A DNA stretch of 64,000 bases from Histomonas meleagridis 2922-C6/04-290x (taxonomy: Eukaryota > Protista > Parabasalia): NCBI GenBank assembly GCA_020184695.1, contig JAANOX010000018.1, forward strand, positions 62,001-126,000. The letters are read 5' to 3'. The translations under genes were made by a program, and so were the position numbers. Shown here one piece after another: positions 21,831-33,698 of this stretch (position 1 is its first letter; each line of letters starts with the position of its first letter). Below the pieces are notes generated by a model. It had not been told where the DNA came from, made no database searches, and saw nothing but the letters and a program-made list of their open reading frames with translations.

Positions 21831-23790
21831 TTATTATTTATTATGATGTAAACCAATTTACAGAAAACCGTTAAAAACTTTTATTACCGATAAATAGCCA
21901 CTTTTTTCGTAATGCTTTTTTGGCGAGCTTAAAACTATTTAAATTTATTTATAAGTAAAGTAAAAATATTATACGTGATTAAATCAAGTTGATTTTGTAG
22001 TATTTATCATAGTTTCTTTCCCATAATTTGGGTAAATATGGGTATAGTTTTATAAATAAAAATAGATAAAGTTCAAAAAAAGAATTTATTGTAATGTTTT
22101 TCATAATTTGATATCTTTTTCTTCATTATAGTTTCCTTCATGATTTTGTTTGTTGTTTCTTTTACGAATGACTAGAATTACAACTCAACAATAGATATTA
22201 GTATAGATGCCACAGGAACAAATTTTCCGTCAGCTAATGAAAAGTGTTAGCTTTGTTTTGTTCGATTTGACTTATATTAAAGTTATTATTAGAAAAAGTA
22301 AAGTTAGAATAAAATTCAATATTTATTTAATCATAAAAGAAAATTAGTGTATCTTCATATGTATATTCTTGATTGGTTTAAAAAAATGGGTTTTGTATTT
22401 GTTAATGAAAATGTTTAATTAATTGTAATTAAAAATGAATCAATAATGACAACAGAATGTATTTGAGTGTTCGGATTTATATGAATCAGGTGTCATAACA
22501 TTTGAAGCTATCACATCTAGATATATAAATATATATATATGGGGAAAACACGAGTTATGATTTGTACAATTGATAAAACCTTCATGAATATATTGGTAAT
22601 TGAATTATTTTATGCATAATAACACAATGTGGTATGTGCTAGTCGAATCCACTAGTAAATGGAGAATGTGTAAATTGGAAATATATTATATAAGCAAATT
22701 AATAAACCTCACATGATGTGAAGCAATGGGATGTGAGGTGGGAGCCAGTACTGGCTGAACACACATATACACTGATAGATATATTTAATGCGAAAATTAT
22801 TTATGGCTTAACTATTTAAAAAGTTTATAATTTCAAGAAAATAAAGTGCTAACTTGTCTAAATTATAAACAGTTGGTGAAATAAAACTTTTTATTGAAAA
22901 GTTCTTTGACATTATCTTATAATAAAATAAAATTAATTGAAATTCGATTTTTTACAAGAAGAAACCGGGGTTTATAACTTCGACCGAATTAGAAATGCAT
23001 TCGTTAAATATTTTTTCTAACTTTTATTTAAGTTGAGATAGTGGCAAAAAAAGTTCCCAACGATAGGATTGAATGAATGGGAAATCATCGTATTAATATT
23101 CAAAAACCGATGACCGTTGGTAACGCTGGGGTTTGTACCTGCTACAAGTTTCAGAGGGTTCACGTTTAAATTTGAAGGATATTTCAATGACGAAAACCGT
23201 TTCATCAGAAAAATCTGTATCGTTCGTATGAAGAAACAAACTGATAATCCAAGAGACTGATTCTGAATCAAATCTTATATATACAATGAAATCACAAGAA
23301 GTGTTTTGTGTATTTGTTCAATTTCGTTGATATTGAGCTAATGTTAAAAAAATTAAAATGATTTTTTCATCACTAACAAAGCTAAATACAATGTTTTGCA
23401 TTAACCAATCGTTCGTATAGGACAAAGAAATAAAAAGGGGAAATAATGATGAAAATTCATACAAAAATTCTAAATTTATTATCAATCTCACGGAAAAGGT
23501 CTTTTATATTGGAGAAGTACTGCTGAAAAACGTCTCCAAATTCATAATTGTTTTGTTCCTATATGATTTCAACAAGCATTGCTTTTACTTCCGTTTAAAC
23601 CTCCTTGGTTAATAACGGCCGTTATTAATTTTTCAGAGCTTTATATAAACTTTTGAAATATTACACAGCTTTTGTGGACATTATCTTCACTTTTTGTTTA
23701 TCCTTGTAACAATACACAATTGCCCAATTGGGATTGTCCGTTCAGTGTTATCAAAACCGCAGAGCCAATGGAACAGTTCACTTTTCAATC

Positions 23791-24219
23791 ATGTCTGATT
23801 GCTCTGATCCAGAAATCCTTCAAGCCTACGAAGAAGTCCGCAGTGACAAATCCCCAATCAACTGGATGCTTATCACATACAAAGAAGGAACTAACCAAAC
23901 AGTTTGGACTCTTGTTGGCAAGGGTGAAGGTGGTTTCCAAGAACTCAAGTCTAACATCGATGACAAGTTCATCGGCTATGGTTACCTCCGTGTTACAACT
24001 GGTGATGATATGTCCGTTCGTTCCAAATTCGTCTTCATCAAATACATCGCCAAAGGCACACGCATGAACATCAAGGCCAAGATGAACATCCATAGAGGTG
24101 ATGTTGAAAAGGTCATCAACCAAATCTCAATTTCATTCGATGCAGATTCACTTGATGAATTAGACGAAGACGAAATCAACGCTCGTCTCTTCAAGGCTGG
24201 TGGAGCACACTACAACTAA
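23791..24219 (+). CDS. Coactosin-like ADF-H actin-binding protein
   Basis: AYEEVRSDKSPINWMLITY...GEGGFQELKS....GYGYLR...D..SVRSKFVFIKYI; C-ending codon bias typical of highly expressed genes. Start at MSDCSD. Confidence 0.9.
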   Translation: MSDCSDPEILQAYEEVRSDKSPINWMLITYKEGTNQTVWTLVGKGEGGFQELKSNIDDKFIGYGYLRVTTGDDMSVRSKFVFIKYIAKGTRMNIKAKMNIHRGDVEKVINQISISFDADSLDELDEDEINARLFKAGGAHYN

Positions 24220-24637
24220 AAAACAAACCCAATTAATTATATTTTCTTCTTTTTCTTCAATATTTGGACTAATTTCTTCTTGTTTCTTTGCTTGGAATTT
24301 TCTCTTGCCACTTTTATGCTGGCCATTCGTATTCGATAAAATATAATTCACTTTTTCTTAGAATTTTTCTATTCAGTCAGTTTTTTAGTACTCAATATTT
24401 GTGTGTGCTCTCAAATATTGTGAATATTTCTTACAAAAGTTGTTTGTCGGATCTGACAACGGTTGAGATTATTTTTTATCGTTGGCAATTTTTCTTTAGA
24501 GGACAAAACAGTTAAATTCCTTAAGAGCAATAATTTCCTCAGTAAAAAAATAGTACAGTCTTATCAGCATTGTAAGATGACAAAAAATGTTATGTTTGAT
24601 GATTTACATATTAATTTAAAATACAATTCTTTGATAT

Positions 24638-26326
24638 TTAATCTGATTTTTCTGCTTCCTTTTCAAAGTGCGTGATTAAGAACCTCAATGGTTCATCTGG
24701 CCTTGCTTCATTAATCTGCTCCAAAGGTTTGATAAACATTGGCACCACGTATTTCATCAAGAATTCTCTTGCCGGCATTTCTCTTACCTCTTTCATTGAA
24801 TCGAGTTCCTCATCAACTTCTTTTAATATTTTCTGATCTCTTTTTATCATTTCTTGTTTTCTTTTTTCTTCTTCTTCCTTTTGTATTTTTATTCTTTTTC
24901 GTTCTTCTTCTTCTTTTTCTCTTTCGATTTGTTCCAAAACTTTTCTTTTCTCCAAAATTTTCACATTTCTCGTGAAGTTTCTTGGTAACCCGAAGAATTT
25001 TTGTGCGTCATCAAGAGATCGAATTGTTGCGCAATGTGAACCTTTTGATATGAACCATTTTTCCATTTCTCCAAATTTCTTTGCGGAAGTTATAACATAT
25101 TTCGGCATAAAAATCGTTGGCTCATCTTCATTAATAAATAATTTCTCTTTTTCTTCGATATCATTTGGAATTAAATCATTTGTTATTACAAATCCATGAT
25201 TTTTAAATGATGGCGAATACGTAAGAACAAATTTCATGATCTCTGTGATTGGAATTTCTCTTTCTTCTTCTTCATTATTATTATCATTATTTTGGAGTTC
25301 TTTTAAACTTAACACTTCTTCACCTTTATAGGATTCAACTTCATAATTCATTCGATCAATTGTACCTTCTTCAATTTCATAATATTTTACGATTTGTTGA
25401 AGAAGATCTGTTGGAATATTAATCGCTAATATCTTTAAAGGTGATAAAAGACGATTTATGACAAACTCATCAACAAGAATTTGGATGTCATCGATGGCAT
25501 TCTCGCAATGACGTTCAAACTCTAATGAGTTATATTCAGTGGCTTCGAGGTCAATGTCAAGTTTTAGCCAATCAATGGTTTCGCGACCAAGTTGCTCAAG
25601 AACTTCATTTTCGGGCTTTTTATATGTACGACCAGCACCAAAAACTTTGTTTATTGAACGAACTAAGTCTCGCTGTGTGATGCCTGAGCCATCATGAGCG
25701 ATGATGACTGGAGCATTTGGACGAGTTTGAGATAAGGCTACTGCACCATGCGCCATATCACGTACATGAAGCATAGGAATGATGTTTCGATTTTCCTCAA
25801 GAACAGGAACAGGTTTAAGATGCCATGCTGATCTGAAAAGTGGTAATAAAACATCTTCTCCATCGCCATAAAGAAGCCCAACACACATAACATAAATTCT
25901 AAGTTGAAGAGATGTGGTTAGGAATCGTTCAGCTGCAAGTTGATCTGTGTATTTGGGATGGGCCCAGCGTTTTCGCCAATCTTCGGCTTTGGGTTCCCCT
26001 GCCCAGGTAAGAATTGGTGAAATTATAATAATTACTTTCTTTAATCCTGGTGATTCATTAAGTTTTGTTAATGCTTGAACTGCATATTTGGGAGTATCAA
26101 GTATTGTATAAATAATGAGACGACATACCTTCATGGTTTCAACAATGGTGTTAATGTCTGAATCAATAAATTGATCAACAGAAAGTGGATCTGGTTGAAG
26201 TTGATCGAGCTTTTGTGGATCTGGCTTTCTGGTTGCATAAACAAAATAACCCTCTTCTTTAAGAGCATCTGCTATAGCTTTCCCTTCTCTTGAATTCCCA
26301 TAATTTACGAATGCGCTGTTTTCCAT
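24638..26326 (-). CDS. Adenylate kinase 7-like axonemal protein (epimerase-like N-terminus, Dpy-30 C-terminal motif)
   Basis: ISPILTWAG, GLLYGDGEDVLLPLFRSAW, IPMLHVRDMA; C-terminal AREFLMKYVVPMFIKPLEQINEARPDEPLRFL. Confidence 0.8.
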   Translation of the reverse strand: MENSAFVNYGNSREGKAIADALKEEGYFVYATRKPDPQKLDQLQPDPLSVDQFIDSDINTIVETMKVCRLIIYTILDTPKYAVQALTKLNESPGLKKVIIIISPILTWAGEPKAEDWRKRWAHPKYTDQLAAERFLTTSLQLRIYVMCVGLLYGDGEDVLLPLFRSAWHLKPVPVLEENRNIIPMLHVRDMAHGAVALSQTRPNAPVIIAHDGSGITQRDLVRSINKVFGAGRTYKKPENEVLEQLGRETIDWLKLDIDLEATEYNSLEFERHCENAIDDIQILVDEFVINRLLSPLKILAINIPTDLLQQIVKYYEIEEGTIDRMNYEVESYKGEEVLSLKELQNNDNNNEEEEREIPITEIMKFVLTYSPSFKNHGFVITNDLIPNDIEEKEKLFINEDEPTIFMPKYVITSAKKFGEMEKWFISKGSHCATIRSLDDAQKFFGLPRNFTRNVKILEKRKVLEQIEREKEEEERKRIKIQKEEEEKRKQEMIKRDQKILKEVDEELDSMKEVREMPAREFLMKYVVPMFIKPLEQINEARPDEPLRFLITHFEKEAEKSD

Positions 26327-26588
26327 CTTGGGGAAAGTACGTTATTTGAGAACGTTAAAAAATATTTTTTCCTTCATTAAATTAATTTTGTACCTTATGA
26401 TCTTAAATTGTCAAAAAGAAACTTATATCGATCATGCGTGTAAACCCGTTTTTGAAATTTTTTCTAGTTAAATTCCATTGTTATTGTTATTAAACAAAAT
26501 CGAAAGATTTCAAAGAGAGATTACGTTGATTGCTTTAAAGATATCTCACAAACATTTTTTTAGTTTAAAAATTTGTGTTTATTTAAAT

Positions 26589-27326
26589 TTATTTTATTAG
26601 ACTTGATAACAAATAAATCAAGAATACAGCCAAGATCATAATATATGATACAAATGTATTTGGAAGTTTTCCGACAATTGCTGACACTGTAGATTCACGT
26701 GTAAGTGAAAATGCCACTGCTCCAGCAATTGCAAGTTTTACCATTGTTGCAATGCTTGTTAACTTAGAAGCAGTTCGTTTATGTGTTATAGTTCTAAACA
26801 TTAGATCAATAATTTGGATGTAAAGCATTAACGCTAATGCGACAATCAATAATACATTTTCGTTTAAACCTTGTAAAGAAGAAACGACGTACTTAAATAA
26901 GCGACAATTGCACATAGACCCAATTGCACATGCTGGAATCAGAGCATATTTTGTGATTAATGAATTTATTTTGGAAGATAAATGATGAGAAACAATGATA
27001 AGAGCAAATACTACAGCAAGTTGGAGGATAGTATATCTAGCATAAAATTTAAATTCATCGAAGAAAGATATTTCTACATCTAAATCTTGAGGTGGAAAGA
27101 AATATATAAAACCATCATTTCCCAACGACATGAAAAATGCTAGAATTAGTTTGTGAAAGAGGCTTATATATGAACCGATTACTGACTTTTGAATGATATA
27201 AAATATCCAAAATCCGTATACGATTGGCCAAAAAGGAACAGAATGTGAGAAAAATGTTTGCTTATAAATAACCCGTGTGACAGGGTTGTAGTAAATTTGA
27301 ACCATGATGCTTTTCCAATTCATCAT
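26589..27326 (-). CDS. Hypothetical multipass membrane protein
   Basis: About 245 aa with about 7 hydrophobic segments; start uncertain. Confidence 0.6.
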   Translation of the reverse strand: MMNWKSIMVQIYYNPVTRVIYKQTFFSHSVPFWPIVYGFWIFYIIQKSVIGSYISLFHKLILAFFMSLGNDGFIYFFPPQDLDVEISFFDEFKFYARYTILQLAVVFALIIVSHHLSSKINSLITKYALIPACAIGSMCNCRLFKYVVSSLQGLNENVLLIVALALMLYIQIIDLMFRTITHKRTASKLTSIATMVKLAIAGAVAFSLTRESTVSAIVGKLPNTFVSYIMILAVFLIYLLSSLIK

Positions 27327-27929
27327 TGAAGAATGAACAAAATTCAAATTCCAACCTGCCCATTTGAATAAAACCGAAAAGTGGCGTTTTTCCTTAACCT
27401 GACACCATTAAAAATGAACTTTGAATCACTAACTCTTTTTGCATTAATTATTTCACAAAAATAAGCTGGTTGATCATCATTATTTCTTCTTTGCAATTAT
27501 TCATCCTTTCCCTATTATTTTTTCGAAAATTCAAATAATATCAAATATATTACAAGTAGATTCAACAACTATAACAGCTGAAATGAAACTAATTAAAGCA
27601 TACTCACACGGATTAAATCAAGTTTCTTTTGTGTTTTCTCCGATTGGTAAAAAATCAGAAGTATCTGAGTTGATTTATTTTTATGAGTTTGCCAAAATCT
27701 TTTTTTAACTGAAATATCATATTTGTAAGTTATTTTTATTCAAAGGCACTGATTTTTTTTTGCAACCAGTTTATACTTTTAAATCATATTTATGTTTTTA
27801 AAGACCAACACCTTTTCACGAAAATTTACACTTTAAAGAAATCTATTTTTTTCTTTGATTGAGCTTTTTCTCACATTTTTTAATAAAATGTTATCTGATA
27901 ATGTTTTAACAACGTACATTTGGCAATTT

Positions 27930-28100
27930 TTTACAATTAATTAATTTAATTTCTACATGAGAATTTTTTGATTCCAACATAAGTGCAGTTTCAAATAAAT
28001 TTAATAATTTCCAAATATTATTTTTGAGTTTTAAACAATTTAGATAAATATTATTCATGTTAATTTAACATCTTCTGTCATAATATCAATTCCTTCTTGT
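27930..28100 (-). pseudogene. Orphan ankyrin junction cassette with four intact 17-nt spacers
   Basis: QEGIDIMTED[17]N[17]K[17]G[17]ETALMLESKNSHVEI; junction 27993-28069, about 450 nt past the stop of locus B. Confidence 0.8.
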
Positions 28101-28520
28101 ATATTTTTAAAAATAAATGAAAAATTATTTTATAAAGATTTAAAAATTAATATAAAAATATTCGATTTATTAATAAAAATCTTAAATTTAAAATATTTTT
28201 GAAATAATAATCTTTATTTATTTAGATAAATACGATTTCTCACAAATATTTTGTATTATGGGACTAAAAATAATAAGGTGTACCTAATAGATTTCCATTA
28301 AACTTTAAGAGTAAATAATACTATGAATAATAATTAATTTTTGGATGTTATGAATTTTTCATCATTTTTTTCACAAAAATTATCAACAAAATATATGAAA
28401 ATCATAAAATGAAATATGATATAAAATATTCTATTTATCAAATTTAATGCGTTAATAATAATATATGAAAACAAAATGAATTTAGGAAATGTTTATTTCA
28501 ATATTTAAATATTTCCTCTT

Positions 28521-30655
28521 TTATCCTTGTGAATCTTTTAATTTTATTATGTCGTCACATTTATGATGTTGAATTTTGTCTGCAAATAATCGAATAATTT
28601 CTGCACTTTTCTTTTCTGATGCTATCATAAGCGCTGTTTTATATGTTTATAAGTAATTCCAAATGTTTATATGAAATTTCATATTTTTTCAAAATATTTT
28701 AAATAAAACAAATAAATATCTTTAGCATTTATATCAATTCCTTTTTGCTCAAGAAGTAATTTAACTATTTCTGTATAACCATTTAAAGATGCTTTAATAA
28801 GTGCTGTTTCAAATAATTTAAATAATTTTCAAATATTATTTTGAAATAGAAAATTATTAAAATAAATATCAAATAAAACGAATAAATATCTTCATCATTA
28901 ATATCAATTCCTTCTTGTTCAAGAAGTAATTTAACGATTTCTATTTTATCATTTTCAGATGCTTTAATAAGTACTGTTTTAAAAAATTTAAATAATTTCC
29001 AAATATTATTTTGAAATCCAAAATTTTTAAAATAAATTTTATTTTTAGCATTAATATCAATTCCTTCTTGTTCAAGAAGTAATTTAACTATTTCTGTATG
29101 ACCATTCCAAGATGCTAACATAAGTGCTGTTTCAAATAATTTAAATAATTTCCAAATATTATTTTGAAATATCAAATTATTAAAATAAATTTTATTTTTA
29201 GCATTAATATTAATTCCTTCTTTTTCATTTAGTAATTTAACTATTTCTGTATGACCATTCCAAGATGCTAACATAAGTGCTGTACTAAATAATTTAAATA
29301 ATTTCCAAATATTATTTTGAAATATCAAATTATTAAAATAAATTTTATTTTTAGCATTAATATTAATTCCTTCTTTTTCAAGAAGTAATTTAACTATTTC
29401 TGTATAACCATTTTTTGAAGCATTTGTTAGTGCTAAAAATATTCAAAAAAAAATTTAAAAATTTTTGTGAAACAATAAAATATTTGAATAAAAATCTAAT
29501 GAAATAAGCAAACAATCTTGCTAAAATCAATGTATCTATTGTTAATTAAATAGTTATAAAGTTCCACATTTCCAGAAAAACCCGAAATTTTCAAAAAATC
29601 AATAGGAATATGATTACTTTCGAGAAAATATTGAGTAATATATAAATTCCTGGTTATAATTGAAGCAATGAGAATATTTTCATTTATTTTCATTCCTTCT
29701 TTAAGTAAAAATGATAAAAGTTCATAATTATCATGTAAAACACATTTTGTTCCTAATTCTTCTAAATTCTTAATTTCTTTTAACTTATTATCATAAAAAT
29801 ATTTAAAGATATCATTTCGATGAAATTCTATTGCTGTTTCATATGCATCTTCAAATGTTGAATGATTTTGTTCACATAAATGAATTATTTCTTCATTTCC
29901 ACCTGCAACTGCATATTTACCTGTATTGTCTAATTTTGCTCCATTCATAAGTAAATATTTAAAACATTTAATTGAAAAAAAATGCTGCATAATCAATTAA
30001 TGTAACATTTTTATGATTAATAAATGAATATCTTTCATAAAGTGATTTTGGAATTGTTTGATTAAAATCGAAGTTTGTTTCTGATGATATTTCTTGAAGT
30101 TTTTCGATTTCATCATTTCGAATGATTTTCGATATTTCATTCTGATTTATTCCTTCTTTAACATATTTCTGATGAAGTTCCCAATTATTCGCTTTAAGTT
30201 TTTCAAGGTTTTCGGAGAAATATTCAGAAAATTGATAACGATGGTTTAAAACGAAATGTGCTTTAAAATGTGAAAAAAATAAATTTTTCACATTTATAGT
30301 AATCGGTGAGTTAATTAAACCTTTTTCTATCAACTTTCCGATAAGATAATTAGATTCTTGTGAGTTATTTTTCCGAAGGAATTGAGAAAAAATGTCAATT
30401 ATTGAAACTTGATTTTTATTTTCATCTCGTTCAATTAAATTCAAAAAAACTCAATAATTATATCTATATTTTTCAGTCTTGTTACAAACAAAGTGTAAAT
30501 GAAACGGCAGATGATCAAGTTGAATGAATACGTTCGTGAATTATCATAAAATTTGCGTAATGAAGAAACAGATGTATCAAGATTGTTTGTATTTATGTTA
30601 TAAATTATTTATGTGCAATTAAGTCTGGAAAGGAATTTATCTTTGATGTGCTCAT
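28521..30655 (-). CDS. Locus B: DUF3447-like/ankyrin gene with 21 17-nt spacers; also about 3 homopolymer frameshifts in the 5' half (pseudogene or sequencing error)
   Basis: Junctions 29437-29513, 29287-29343, 29134-29190, 28981-29037, 28811-28887, 28641-28717 decode to KIDIKLAL, KNKDGSTAL, KNKDGETAL, KNKWGKTVL, EDDSEETAL, KDKEGKTAL. Stop TAA at 28521-28523. Confidence 0.7.
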
Positions 30656-31039
30656 TACAATGCAATTAATAACACTGGAAAAAATTTTAATGGACATGTA
30701 ATATGAATTTTTATATAAAATTATAATAAATAAAAACATAGAATGAACTTCATGATGAAATCCATTCACATCTTTAATTTTATTTGGAATACTTAAATTT
30801 GAATTAGGTTAATAGGTAATATATGCCCCAATGTGCATTCACATATTGGAAATAACTTATATACACGACAATTACATGAATATGCCACAAATGTATTTGA
30901 AATTTTTTGAGTTTATTAATATTTTCGATAGAATTGAAAAGAATTTAATATCAAGATATATAATTAAATAAAATAAATGATATTTCATCATTTCCCAAAT
31001 AATTTCTGAATTTTTTATTTCTTAATAAATTAAGATATT

Positions 31040-32232
31040 ATTCTTAGTTTATTATTAATCATAGATTCAACTATGTATTTATATATTATATATCCATAAT
31101 ATCAAGATCGTAGGATGATCGCGATATATCATTTTACATGTTCAAGCGGTTCGAAGTCAAATTTGAATGAGTAGACGTATAAAAATCACTCAATCATCTC
31201 GTATCGTTATCAAAAACAATTTTAGAATGAAGCTTGCTCAAGAAACTGTGGTATTGAATCATATTCTGAAAAATAGAGAGATCAACATCATTACATATAT
31301 TGTCGGATATTTCGAAAAATGTAATATTTGAAATTTGAAAGCACATGGGTAATATGAGATAAAAGGAATCGATAAATGTATCTCAAGTCTGTATTTTAAA
31401 GATAATTTGCAAATTTCATTTGTATCGATATTTATTCAGGGTAGACTGAACTATATTGAATACGAAATTTTACAACGCCAAAAATCATTTCTTTAAAATT
31501 TTTTCGAACGATCATTTTTATCATAAAATGTCTATCGTACTCTATCGTAAATAACGTATTTTTTCCGGGGGTATAGTTCAGCATAGCCTTTATTCAATAA
31601 AATTGAATATTTTGCAGTAGGAAAATAAAAATAAATAAAATAAAAATAAATCATCAAATAAATAAAATGATCAAGAATCGTTTTGTTCAGAAAAAAAATA
31701 TATCGTTTGTACCAAGATATTTCAAAAAAGGATCTATACAGAAACTATTTTATTGATTATTAATTATTAATCAGGTTAAATAAGTACATCATTAAGGTAT
31801 TACGAAAATTACCACATCATTCATTTTTTCAATAAATTCATAAATTTAAAAAAATCAAGATTCCATATAATTATTTGGAATAAATAACAAATCACGATTC
31901 TATGATAAAATATCAATATTTTTATTTTTTAACAAACCATAAATCATTTAATTTGGCCGTTGACAAATTACAATGATGTAAGTAAATAACGTATCTTTTC
32001 GAGAAAGGGTAAAATTTTGATAATATTTACCATCATCGTCACTTATCGTTGCTGCTATCGTTCAACATAAACCATGCAAAAATCGATTTTTGTCACTTTT
32101 TGGAATGAAAGAATAAATTTATCTCGTGCTAATCAAAATATAATTCTTAGATTCATATTAATCATAGATGCAACTATGTATATATATATTATATATTTAT
32201 GATATAAAGATTGTAGGATGATCGCTATATAC
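31040..32232 (+). repeat. Diverged direct repeat of about 90 nt (about 31040-31130 and 32142-32232)
   Basis: ATTAATCATAGATTCAACTATGTAT...AAGATCGTAGGATGATCGCGATATA versus ATTAATCATAGATGCAACTATGTAT...AAGATTGTAGGATGATCGCTATATA. Confidence 0.75.
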
Positions 32233-32427
32233 GATGGGTGGATATCGCAAGTCTCGTTTAATATATCGTTTGCTTTTTGTTTGGCTTGCTTTACAAAAGT
32301 AAATATCCGAAAAGTGGCACATCTACAAAATAAATGCAAACAGCTGTACCAATAAAAAATTGTTTATATTTCCAAGTTTATAAAAGGAGGGGTTTGTTTG
32401 AAATTTTTAAGCATTATTTCAAATATT

Positions 32428-32430
<3 letters not shown>

Positions 32431-32500
<70 letters not shown>
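32431..32500. repeat. (AT)35 microsatellite
   Basis: Direct read of the sequence. Confidence 0.97.
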
Positions 32501-32503
<3 letters not shown>

Positions 32504-33698
32504 CTAAATTTAGATTAAGATAAATCATCTTAATAATTTATTTTAATTTAATGAAATTTAATTTAGAGGAAAATGAAAAAGATTAATTTTATGATTTAAA
32601 ACGACCTTTTATTTTAATTGGTTGACACCGCCTTAACTATGCCTGTGACTGTGGTAGCGAACACGCCAACAGCTGTACCTATTAATGGAATCTTCTCTAA
32701 ACCATGAAACACATTATCACCAGGAACTGCAGTTCCTTCATTTTTTTCCAAACTGTTAAGAATTCTAAAAGGAATGTGTCCTAGTTGCAAATTCAGTGCG
32801 ATATGCGCCAAGAATATCGATACATTTCTCTACGAATTGACAATTATGAAAAAGCAGATCATAATCATCCTTTCCCCATTGAAGTTAACTTGTTCTACTT
32901 AAAAGTTCATCAACTGTCATTGGGTTCATAATTTCACATTCAATTTTTAGATCTTTATTATAATGTCTTTTATAAGGAGATATTTCACAACTTTTAACAC
33001 CCAAATGTTTACATGAGAAGCACCTGCTGGAGAAATACTTGCTGGAAGAAAAATTGAAATCCTGCTATTTAAATAATGAACCGCACCATCAGTAAATGGT
33101 TCAACTACAATAATAATTCTTGTGATTCGTGCGTTCAATAATTTTTGGTGATTACTCTTCTTTGGGTTTATTTGCATGAAATACAATTGGCTAATTCAAC
33201 AAATGATGAAGAAAAACTCATGAATAAAAAATGAGGTGATCATTGACTCCTCAATATATTGCTAATTTGTAGAAACTTATATGAGCAAATAATTCCAGGA
33301 ATTTTGAATAGGAAAAGAGGTTCAATATTGAAAGTATAATTCATTCGATCAATTGTACCTTCTTGATGAATTGAATAAATTATTTTTCTTGTATACAATA
33401 TGCAAATTGAACTCTTTGGGGGTTTAAAGAAAGCAAACAGGTGCCACCCGAGACATTTATGTGTCTCACTGAGATCATCATATTGAGTTATATGGGAAAC
33501 ATTTATAATCAAAACTATTCCTCTATTATTCTCTAAATCTTCCATATGTTGAGTGAAACCTCTGATTGGTTGACTCATTTCAAAGAATTAATACCTCCAA
33601 TCCAGATTGATAAATTGGAGTCTTGTGATTGCGCATGAAAATATTTTAAGTTAAAATACCGTAAATTTTTTTATTAATTTTACAAACATATTTTTATG

